Below are positions 40,604 through 48,656 of a stretch of 64,000 bases of DNA, piece after piece (the stretch's first letter is position 1; the number at the start of each line of letters is the position of its first letter). Made by a program: the position numbers and the translations under genes. The notes below the pieces were generated by a model. It had not been told where the DNA came from, did no database searches, and saw nothing but the letters and a program-made list of their open reading frames with translations. Origin of the DNA: an uncultured Candidatus Rokubacteria bacterium (GTDB lineage Bacteria > Methylomirabilota > Methylomirabilia > Rokubacteriales > DASRDR01); the NCBI GenBank assembly GCA_963805625.1, contig CAWDVE010000013.1, positions 96,001 to 160,000 on the forward strand. Direction: 5' to 3'.

Positions 40604-40812
40604 CTCGGCCGCCGCGGGGCTGCCGTCGACGTCACCCCGACAGCGAAACGCCACCGCGGGTGACGCCGGCGGCGCCCCGCGCCGAGGGGCGGCCAGGGGC
40701 CGTCGCGTCCCGAGGGTCGACAGGCCCGAGGCGCGATGGCCAGCGCGGTCGGGCTGTCCTCCTCGCCTCCCGCGAGGTTGCACCCCGCGAGGGGCGAGGA
40801 GACAGGGGCCCG
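40604..40812 (+). other. Three consecutive GC-rich stem-loops in the intergenic region
   Basis: Inverted repeats at 40604-40686, 40698-40741 and 40750-40812, read by eye. Confidence 0.65.
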
Positions 40813-40883
40813 GAGCCCCGAGACGCAGGGCAAATCGGCGGCAAGACCGGTAACGGCACACGCACACTCGAACGGGAGACGTG

Positions 40884-42836
40884 ATGAGTCAGTTTCGACG
40901 GCTGTTCAGTCCGGTGAAGATCGGGCGCCGCGAGGCGAAGAACCGCATCGTGTCCACGCCCCACGGGGCGGCGTTCGGCGAGAAGGGCGGGATCACCGAC
41001 CGCTACATCCGCTACCACGAGGAGAAGGCCAAGGGCGGCTGCGGCGTCGTGATGATGTTCGGCTCGTCCAGCATCCACCCCACCTCGGTCAACGACTGGG
41101 GCGAGGTGAACAACTGGGACGACAGCATCATACCCCAGTTCCAGCAGATGAGCGAGGCGATCCACCGCCACGGAGCGCTCTGCCTCTCGCAGATCTCACA
41201 CCGCGGCCGCCGCGGGCACTCCTGGTACTCGGGGGTGCCCCTCTGGGCGCCCTCGGACACCCGCGAGGAGCGGCATCGCGAGTGGCCGCACGTCATGACG
41301 AAGCGCGAGATCCGCGAAGTGATCGACGCCTGGGCGGCCGCGGCCATCCGGCTCCAAAAGGGCGGGTACGACGGCTGCGACGTTCCGACGTACGGCGGCC
41401 ATCTCCTCGAGAACTTCCTCTCGCCCCTCACGAACCGGCGGACGGACGAGTACGGCGGGTCGCTGGAGAATCGCACGCGCCTCACTCGCGAGGTGCTGCG
41501 CGCCATCCGTGACGCCGTTGGGGCCGACTTCATCATCGGGATCCGCCACAGCGGGGACCACTACGTGCCCGGCGGGCTCAGCCGGGAGGACCTGCTCGAG
41601 ATCGCGCGGCTCGTCGACGGCCTGGGCATCGTCGACTACTGGATGGTGAGCGGCTCGAACACGGAGACGCTCAAGTACGAGGCGATGGTCACCCCGTCGC
41701 TCTACCATCCCCACGGCCTCTTCAACGAGCTCGCCTCGCTCACGCGCTCCGTGGTCAAGGTCCCGGTGATCGTGGCGGGTCGGGTGTCGACCGTGGAGCA
41801 GGCCGAGGCGGCCCTCGCCGCCGGCGTGTGCGACCTGGTAGGGATGACCCGGGCACTCATCGCCGATCCCGAGCTGCCCAGGAAGAGCCTGGCGGGGCGA
41901 CTCGACGACATCCGCGTCTGCGTCGGCGCCAGCGAGGGCTGCATCGGCCGCCTCCGCCAGGGCAAGGCCATCGGCTGCGTCCAGAATCCCGTGATCGGCC
42001 GCGAGGCCGAGCTCGCCGAGATTCGCCCGGCTGCGCGGCCGAAACGGGTGGTCGTGATCGGCGGCGGGGCGGCCGGGCTGGAAGCCGCCCGGGTGGCCGC
42101 CATCCGCGGACATCGGGTCACGCTGCTGGAAGCCACGAAGGACCTCGGGGGGCAGATCCTCGCAGCCGCCCGGGCGCCGAAGCGCGAGGACTACGCGGTG
42201 ATCGCCGCGTGGCTTGCCGGCCAGGTCAGGCAGCTCGGCGTCGACGTGCGCCTGAACTCGCACGCGTCAGCCGCCGACGTGCTGGGCCTCGCCCCGGACG
42301 CGGTCATCGTCGCGACCGGCGCCACCGCGCGCGTCCCCGACCTGCCCGGCGTCAGCCTGCCGCACGTCACCACCACGGTGGACGTGCTGCTGGGCCGGGT
42401 CACGCCCGGTCGTCGCGTCGTCGTCGTCGACGAGGATGGCCACTACGCCGCGCCCACGACCGCGGACCTCCTGGCGGGGCGCGGCTGCCAGGTGACGCTG
42501 ATCAGCAAGTACTTCATGGTCGGCGAGGACATCGACGAGGGTATCCGGTCGGACCTCTATGCGCGTCTCTTCGGCCAGGGCGTCGTCCTCCAGCCGTTGA
42601 CGGCCGCGCAGGCGATCGTGCCGGGCGGCATCCGCACGCGCCACACGTTCTCGGGGGCCGAAGCGACCCTCCAGGCGGATACCGTCGTCCTCTCCTTCGG
42701 CGGCCAGGCCAACGACAGCCTCTACCACGCGCTCGACGGGCGCGTGCCGGAGCTCCGGCTCGTCGGGGATGCCGTCTCGCCCCGGCGCATCCACGACGCG
42801 CTGCTCGACGGCACGCGCGCCGCCCGCGCCCTATGA
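40884..42836 (+). CDS. NADH:flavin oxidoreductase (OYE + Fe-S + FAD; DgcA/StcD/TMADH-like architecture)
   Basis: KNRIVSTPH, TNRRTDEYGGSLENR, Cys cluster CVGASEGC...CVQNP, and VIGGGAAG. Confidence 0.92.
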   Translation: MSQFRRLFSPVKIGRREAKNRIVSTPHGAAFGEKGGITDRYIRYHEEKAKGGCGVVMMFGSSSIHPTSVNDWGEVNNWDDSIIPQFQQMSEAIHRHGALCLSQISHRGRRGHSWYSGVPLWAPSDTREERHREWPHVMTKREIREVIDAWAAAAIRLQKGGYDGCDVPTYGGHLLENFLSPLTNRRTDEYGGSLENRTRLTREVLRAIRDAVGADFIIGIRHSGDHYVPGGLSREDLLEIARLVDGLGIVDYWMVSGSNTETLKYEAMVTPSLYHPHGLFNELASLTRSVVKVPVIVAGRVSTVEQAEAALAAGVCDLVGMTRALIADPELPRKSLAGRLDDIRVCVGASEGCIGRLRQGKAIGCVQNPVIGREAELAEIRPAARPKRVVVIGGGAAGLEAARVAAIRGHRVTLLEATKDLGGQILAAARAPKREDYAVIAAWLAGQVRQLGVDVRLNSHASAADVLGLAPDAVIVATGATARVPDLPGVSLPHVTTTVDVLLGRVTPGRRVVVVDEDGHYAAPTTADLLAGRGCQVTLISKYFMVGEDIDEGIRSDLYARLFGQGVVLQPLTAAQAIVPGGIRTRHTFSGAEATLQADTVVLSFGGQANDSLYHALDGRVPELRLVGDAVSPRRIHDALLDGTRAARAL

Positions 42837-44008
42837 CGCCCAGGACCGCGAGCGTCGTCGTGATCGGCGGGGGCGCCGTCGGCTGCAGCATCGCGTATCA
42901 CCTCGCCCGGCGCGGCATCCGCGACGTGGTCGTGGTGGAGCGGGAGACCGTCGGCAGCGGCACTACCAGCAAGGCCGCGGGTGGGATCCGGGCTCAGTTC
43001 GGCACCGAGCCCGAGATCCGCTTCTCGCTCGAGGGGCAGCGCGTGCTCGAGTCCTTCAAGGAGGAGTTTGGCGGGGACCCCGGCTTCCAGCGGATCGGCT
43101 ACCTCTTCCTGATCTCGAACCCCGCGGACCTCCGGGGATTCGAGACGCGCATCGCGCTCCAGCGCCGCCTGGGCGTCGACGTCCGCGTGATCACGCCCAG
43201 GGAAGCGCAGGCCATCGTGCCGGCGCTCAACGTCGACGACCTCGTCGCCGCGGTGTGGGGGCCCCAGGACGGCGTCGCTGGCCCCGCCGAGGTGACGGCC
43301 GGCTTCGCCCGGCGTGCGCGCGAGCTCGGCGCGCGGATCCTCGAGGGCGTCGAGACGACGGGCCTCACCCTCGAGTCCGGTCGCATCCGGGGTGTCCGGA
43401 CCTCGGACGGAGAGATCTCCGCCCCCGTCGTCGTCAACGCCGCCGGTCCCGCGGCGGCCCGGGTCGGCCGGCTTGCCGGCCTCGCGCTGCCGGTCTACCC
43501 GCGGCGCCGCCACATCTTCTACACGGAGCCCTTCCCGGAGATCCCCGGCCCCGTGCCGATCACGACCGACACCGGGAGCGGGTTCTACTTCCGCAAGGAG
43601 ATGGCGCAGCTGCTTCTCAGTCCCGGAGACGTCAAGGACATCGGCGACGATCAGACCGCGCCGGTCGACTGGAGCATGATGGAGGAAGCCGTGACCAAGG
43701 CGATCCACCGGGTCCCGGTGATCGAGCGCGCGCGGATCGCCGGCGGCTGGGCCGGCCTTCGTCCCCTCACGCCCGACGATCACGCGATCCTCGGCTGGGC
43801 GCCGGCAGTCGGGGGCTTCTTCCTGGCGGTCGGCTGGGGCGGGCACGGCTTCCAGCACTCGCCCGCCACCGGCCGTTTCGTCGCCGAGTGGATCGTCGAC
43901 GGCCGGCCCTCCATGGATCTCTCGCTCTTCGACCCCGCCCGCTTCGGCGGCCGGATGCCTCCGCTTCCCGGCGAAGGACCAGACCCGGGGCGGCCGGACG
44001 CGGAGTGA
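42833..44008 (+). CDS. FAD-dependent oxidoreductase (sarcosine oxidase beta / DAO-like)
   Basis: VIGGGAVG, GTTSKAAGG, WAGLRPLTPD and GWGGHGF motifs. ATGA overlap. Confidence 0.92.
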   Translation: MTPRTASVVVIGGGAVGCSIAYHLARRGIRDVVVVERETVGSGTTSKAAGGIRAQFGTEPEIRFSLEGQRVLESFKEEFGGDPGFQRIGYLFLISNPADLRGFETRIALQRRLGVDVRVITPREAQAIVPALNVDDLVAAVWGPQDGVAGPAEVTAGFARRARELGARILEGVETTGLTLESGRIRGVRTSDGEISAPVVVNAAGPAAARVGRLAGLALPVYPRRRHIFYTEPFPEIPGPVPITTDTGSGFYFRKEMAQLLLSPGDVKDIGDDQTAPVDWSMMEEAVTKAIHRVPVIERARIAGGWAGLRPLTPDDHAILGWAPAVGGFFLAVGWGGHGFQHSPATGRFVAEWIVDGRPSMDLSLFDPARFGGRMPPLPGEGPDPGRPDAE

Positions 44009-44072
44009 GCCGCGTGACGCCGCACCCGGAACGCCACGCCTCCGACCACCACCACCAGAGGGAGCGTGTCCG

Positions 44073-45044
44073 ATGAGCCTCAAGATCGTGGTCCCCGACG
44101 ACTTCCCGGCCGCCTTTACCGGCTCCTCCGCCGAGCCGAGGCTGCGAGGGCTGGGCGCCGTCACCGTGCACACCGAGCGCGGGGCGGACCAGGAAGCGGA
44201 GCTGATCCGCCGGATCGGTGACGCGGAGGTCGTCATCAACATTCGCGCACACGCGCGCTTCACCGATCGCGTGCTGGCCGGGTGCCCGAGCCTCCGCCTC
44301 ATCTCGATCTGGGGCACCGGGACGGACAACGTCGACCTGGCGGCGTGCCGGGCGCGCGGGGTCGCCGTCACCAACACGCCGGGTGTCAACGCGCACGCCG
44401 TCGCCGAGCACACGCTCGCCCTGATGCTCGCCATTGCACGACGCGTCCCGCTGATGGACCGCGACACGCGGACGGGCCAGTGGCCCCGAGCCCAGCTCGT
44501 CCAGCTCGAGGGCCGCACGGTGGGCCTCATCGGGCTCGGCGCCATCGGAGGCCGGGTTGCGCAGCTCCTGGGCCCGTTCGGCGTCCGCCTCCTGGCGTCC
44601 ACCTACGGGCCGGACGCCGGGCGCGCCGCCGGCGCCGGCGCGCGCCACGTCCCGGTCGAAGCGCTCCTCCGGGAGTCGGACATCGTGAGCCTCCACCTCC
44701 GCCTCAGCGCCGACACCCAGGGCTACCTCGGGCGGGACCGGCTTGCCCTGATGAAGCCGACCGCGTTCCTCGTCAACACGGCGCGCGGCGGCCTGGTCGA
44801 CAAGGCCGCGCTGATCGACGCGCTCCGCGAGGGGCGCATTGCCGGCGCCGCGCTCGACGTCTTCCACGAGGAGCCCGTCCCCGCCGGCGACCCGATCCTC
44901 GGCCTCGCGAACGTCGTGCTCACGCCGCACAACGGCGGAAACACCCCCGAGGTGATCGACGCCGGACTCGTGCGGGCGGTCGAGAACATCGAGCATTTCC
45001 TCGCCGGCCGGCCGCGGGACGTCGTTGTTTCACCGCGTCGGTGA
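44073..45044 (+). CDS. D-2-hydroxyacid dehydrogenase family protein
   Basis: AVAEH, GLGAIG, NTARG, LDVF..EP and LTPH motifs. Confidence 0.93.
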   Translation: MSLKIVVPDDFPAAFTGSSAEPRLRGLGAVTVHTERGADQEAELIRRIGDAEVVINIRAHARFTDRVLAGCPSLRLISIWGTGTDNVDLAACRARGVAVTNTPGVNAHAVAEHTLALMLAIARRVPLMDRDTRTGQWPRAQLVQLEGRTVGLIGLGAIGGRVAQLLGPFGVRLLASTYGPDAGRAAGAGARHVPVEALLRESDIVSLHLRLSADTQGYLGRDRLALMKPTAFLVNTARGGLVDKAALIDALREGRIAGAALDVFHEEPVPAGDPILGLANVVLTPHNGGNTPEVIDAGLVRAVENIEHFLAGRPRDVVVSPRR

Positions 45045-45058
45045 GAGCGACTTGGAGC

Positions 45059-46258
45059 ATGCGCTCTGCCACGAACCCGTCTGACCCGCCCCGCCCCGGG
45101 CACTCGCCTTCACCGGCGGCGCCAGATGCCATTTCCGCCACCGAGTACCGAGAGCGGCTCGACCGGACCCGCACGGCGGTCGAGGCGGCCGGCCTCGTTG
45201 GGCTCATCGCGTTCGGCGACTGCTGGCGCGGCGCCAACGTCGGCTACTTCACCGAGTTCCGACCCCTCGACGGCGTGTCGGACATCGCCAACGCGCTCGT
45301 CGTGCTCCCCGTCGACGGCGAGGCCACCCTCGTCGTCTCCGAGCAGTGCCTCGGGTACGCCGCGAGCGTCACGGGCTTCCCGGTCCGCCCGTTCCGGGAC
45401 CTGTACCCGGTCCTGGCCCCCCTGGCCCGGGATCCCGGGTGGCGTGTCGGCCTGGCCGGCGCCGCATACGTCCCGGCGAGCGTCAGGGATCGGCTGGTCG
45501 ACGCGCTCGGCGGCGCCGCGCTCGAACCCACGATGGCACTGGCAGATCTCAAAGCCGTGAAGAGCCCGGCGGAAATCCGGCTCCTCCGGAAGGCTGCGGA
45601 GCTCACCGATCTGGCGATGGCCACCATCCGCGACACGCTCGCGGACGGGCAGCCCCACACCGAGCGAGAGCTCGCCCGGCTCGCCGACGCGGCGATGATC
45701 GCCGCCGGGGCAGACCGGACGGCCTACGACTCGATGGTCCAGGCCGGCCCACGCTCCGCGTTCAACCTCGCGCGGCCGACCGACCGCGAGCTCCAGCCCG
45801 GCGACCTGGTCATGACCGACATCGGCGCCCGTTACAGAGGCTACGTGGCCGACGGCGGCCGGGGCTTCACCTACGGGCCGGTGAGCGCCGAGAAGCGGGC
45901 GATCGTCGAGGCCGCCGCAGCCGCCGTGGAGGCGGGACTCGCCGCCGCGCTCCCCGGGATGCTGGCGACCGAGCTGAACGCCGTGATCCAGCAGGCGCTC
46001 GTCGAGTCGGGCTACGAGCGCTACTCGGGCGAGGCGCGGGGCCACGGGACCGGCCACGGCACCGGCATGGACCCGGAGGAGGAGAGCCCGTGGATCGGCC
46101 CCGGCAACCGGACACGTCTCGTCGGCGGGATGACCTTCACGCTGAAGGCGACGATCACGGTGCCCGGCATCGGCGGCCTCCGGACCGAGCGGATCGTCCA
46201 CCTCGGCGAGTCGGGCGCGGATCCCCTCGACACGTTTCCGATGCGTCTCTACTGGTAG
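45059..46258 (+). CDS. M24 (Xaa-Pro peptidase / creatinase fold) protein with degenerate metal site
   Basis: KAVKSPAEI, DIGARYRGYVAD, GHGTG and GGLRTE motifs with a creatinase-like N-domain. Confidence 0.88.
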   Translation: MRSATNPSDPPRPGHSPSPAAPDAISATEYRERLDRTRTAVEAAGLVGLIAFGDCWRGANVGYFTEFRPLDGVSDIANALVVLPVDGEATLVVSEQCLGYAASVTGFPVRPFRDLYPVLAPLARDPGWRVGLAGAAYVPASVRDRLVDALGGAALEPTMALADLKAVKSPAEIRLLRKAAELTDLAMATIRDTLADGQPHTERELARLADAAMIAAGADRTAYDSMVQAGPRSAFNLARPTDRELQPGDLVMTDIGARYRGYVADGGRGFTYGPVSAEKRAIVEAAAAAVEAGLAAALPGMLATELNAVIQQALVESGYERYSGEARGHGTGHGTGMDPEEESPWIGPGNRTRLVGGMTFTLKATITVPGIGGLRTERIVHLGESGADPLDTFPMRLYW

Positions 46259-46300
46259 ACGCCGTGGGGATCGCGCTACCATCGGACCAACGGAGGCGCC

Positions 46301-47008
46301 ATGAGCGGCCAGCACAGGCACGATGACGAGCACCGTGAGAAACACGACCACGCTCACGAGCACGCCCATGATGAGCACGGGGGACACTCGACGGACGATC
46401 CGGCCCATCCCCACAATGCCCCGCTGTCCGACGTCCAGCTCCGGGTGAAGGCGCTGGAGTCCCTCCTCACCGAGAAGGGCCTGGTCGACCCGGCCGCGCT
46501 CGAGGAGCTGATCGATACTTACGAAACGAAGGTCGGTCCGCGGAACGGCGCCCGTGTGGTCGCAAAGGCGTGGACGGACCCCGAGTTCAAGCGGCGGCTC
46601 CTGGCCGATGCGACGGCGACCCTGGCGGACCTCGGCTACATCGGTCGCCAGGGCGAGGACATGGTGATCGTCGAGAACACGCCGAAGGTCCACAACCTCG
46701 TCGTATGCACGCTCTGCTCCTGCTATCCGTGGCCGGTCCTCGGCCTCCCGCCAGTCTGGTACAAGTCAGCGCCGTACCGGGCCCGCGCGGTCATCGACCC
46801 CCGGGGCGTCCTGCGCGAGGTGGGCGTCGAGCTGCCCGACGACGTCGAAGTCCGTGTCTGGGACTCGACGGCCGAGCTGCGGTACCTCGTTCTGCCCGAG
46901 CGCCCGCCGGGAACCGAGGGCCTGAAGGAGGAAGAGCTGGCTGCACTCGTGACGCGAGACACGATGATCGGTGTCGCAAAAGTCAAACCGCCCGGGGCTC
47001 CCCGATGA
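46301..47008 (+). CDS. nthA: Cobalt-type nitrile hydratase alpha subunit
   Basis: [12 protein letters not shown] (Thr/Tyr Co-type signature) and PPVWYKS motifs, with a His-rich N-terminus. Confidence 0.97.
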   Translation: MSGQHRHDDEHREKHDHAHEHAHDEHGGHSTDDPAHPHNAPLSDVQLRVKALESLLTEKGLVDPAALEELIDTYETKVGPRNGARVVAKAWTDPEFKRRLLADATATLADLGYIGRQGEDMVIVENTPKVHNLVVCTLCSCYPWPVLGLPPVWYKSAPYRARAVIDPRGVLREVGVELPDDVEVRVWDSTAELRYLVLPERPPGTEGLKEEELAALVTRDTMIGVAKVKPPGAPR

Positions 47009-47685
47009 ACGGCGTCCACGACCTCGGTGGGATGCACGGCTTCGGTCCCGTCGTGCTCGAGTCGGACGAGCCGGTCTTCCACGCCGAGTGGGAGCGGCGG
47101 ACCTTCGCACTCAGGCTCGCGATGGGCGCCTGGCGCCGCTGGAACCTCGACATGTCCCGGGACGCGCGCGAGCAGATGCCGCCGGCCGAGTACCTCGCGA
47201 CCAGCTACTACGAGCACTGGCTCTGGGGGCTGGAGCTCCAGCTCGAGCGCCACGGGTTCCTCGCTCGGGCCGACCTCGACCAGCGTGTGCGCGAGGACGT
47301 CGATCACGAGCCGCCCGGCGCCGTGGATCCCCTACCTGGAGCCCTCCGGCGAGACGGCGTCCCTCGGCTCCTGAGGAACCGCCGCGGGGCGCGCCTCGAT
47401 GACCCGGTCCGCCCGCAGTTCAAGGCCGGCGACGCGGTCCGTGCCCGGAACCTCAACCCCGTCGGCCACACCCGGATTCCCCGCTACGTCCGGGGCCGCC
47501 GCGGCATGATCGACCGCGACCATGGCGTCTTCATCTTCCCCGACACTCACGCGGCGGGACTCGGCCGGAAGCCGCAGCACGTATACAGCGTGCGCTTCGA
47601 CGCGCGGGAGCTCTGGGGCCCGGACGGCCACCCGCGGGACGCGGTATACGTCGACCTCTGGGACGACTACCTCGACTCCGCCTGA
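47005..47685 (+). CDS. nthB: Nitrile hydratase beta subunit
   Basis: [30 protein letters not shown] and VDLWDDYL motifs. Confidence 0.97.
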   Translation: MNGVHDLGGMHGFGPVVLESDEPVFHAEWERRTFALRLAMGAWRRWNLDMSRDAREQMPPAEYLATSYYEHWLWGLELQLERHGFLARADLDQRVREDVDHEPPGAVDPLPGALRRDGVPRLLRNRRGARLDDPVRPQFKAGDAVRARNLNPVGHTRIPRYVRGRRGMIDRDHGVFIFPDTHAAGLGRKPQHVYSVRFDARELWGPDGHPRDAVYVDLWDDYLDSA

Positions 47686-47695
47686 CCGCCACCGC

Positions 47696-48118
47696 TCACG
47701 ACGGAACGACGAACCCTTCGCGCTCGGCGGCAAGCGCCAGCCGGCTGTCCAGCGTGTGGAGAATCCGCCCCTGGGGACGCCCCTCGGCCCAGTGCAGCGC
47801 TGCTCCGAGCTGGAGCGCGTCGAACGCCCGAAGTGGATGAAGACGCAGCACCCGAGCTGCCAGCGGCTTGACCGCATCAACGTCGACGACGACGTGACAG
47901 GCGCGCACGAGGTCGTCTATGCGAGCCTCGGCCAGCCGGGCAGTTCGCTCCTCGAGGGACTTCTCTCGGACGAGTCGCCGAAGCGCGGAAGCCACCTCCA
48001 CCGGCGCAAGCGTCCACAGCACCATCGCGCGGTCCTCGGCCACCCACACGGCGGCGCGATTGGACGGCTCCTGGGTCACCAGGAGAGGCACCACCGCGGA
48101 GCTGTCCCAGAACCTCAC
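47696..48118 (-). CDS. vapC: PIN-domain VapC toxin
   Basis: FWDSSAVV, VEVASAL, LRAFDALQL and TLDSRL motifs. Confidence 0.9.
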   Translation of the reverse strand: MRFWDSSAVVPLLVTQEPSNRAAVWVAEDRAMVLWTLAPVEVASALRRLVREKSLEERTARLAEARIDDLVRACHVVVDVDAVKPLAARVLRLHPLRAFDALQLGAALHWAEGRPQGRILHTLDSRLALAAEREGFVVPS

Positions 48119-48414
48119 CGCGCTTCGTCACGCTCCCGGAGGAGGACGGCCACGACGTCGGCCTCGACCCGCGGCCGCTGGGCGAGCCACTCTTCCGTTG
48201 GAGGAGGTCCCGCGCCGCGACGGATGGCGCCCCGCCGCTCGAGCCGCTCGAGCCACTCTGCGTCGCCGGCGGGGAGTGGCTCGCCGGGCCCGACGCGCTC
48301 GATCCGGGCGATGACACGGTCGCGGTCGCAGACCAGGATGGACTCCCCGCGCTGGACGCGTCGCAGGTAGTAGCTCAGCCGGTTCTTGAGCTCGGCGATC
48401 TTGACCGTCTTCAT
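48115..48414 (-). CDS. Phd/YefM family antitoxin
   Basis: MKTVKIAELKNRLSYYLRRVQRGESI...DRVIARI N-terminus, with a 4-bp overlap with the toxin gene. Confidence 0.9.
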   Translation of the reverse strand: MKTVKIAELKNRLSYYLRRVQRGESILVCDRDRVIARIERVGPGEPLPAGDAEWLERLERRGAIRRGAGPPPTEEWLAQRPRVEADVVAVLLRERDEAR

Positions 48415-48430
48415 CGTCGTTCCCACAGGA

Positions 48431-48479
48431 TGGCCTTAAATAGCCATTAATTGTAGCCACCACGTGGCCATGCTGTCAA
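48431..48479 (-). promoter_or_regulatory. Sigma70 promoter with repeated T(A/G)GCC(A) operator half-sites for the TA operon
   Basis: Minus strand TTGACA-N18-TACAAT, with TGGCC/TAGCCA/TAGCCA/TGGCCA repeats overlapping the promoter. Confidence 0.7.
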
Positions 48480-48656
48480 TGATCGCATCCGCATCCGCAT
48501 CCACGGGAGGTGGCGCGCGAGAAGCCTCGCCGGCAGCGCTCGAGAATCTCACGCTGGTCATCGGCAGGATACCCAGGGCTCGATCCGATGTCGATCCACC
48601 TCCCACGCCTTGACAGGCCTGCGGAGCGCGTGGGACGGTGTGTCATCGTGGTTCAG

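Noticed and set aside
48484-48501. CGCATC x3 tandem repeat
   Set aside because: It is too short to call a contingency locus or array and lies upstream of the TA promoter.
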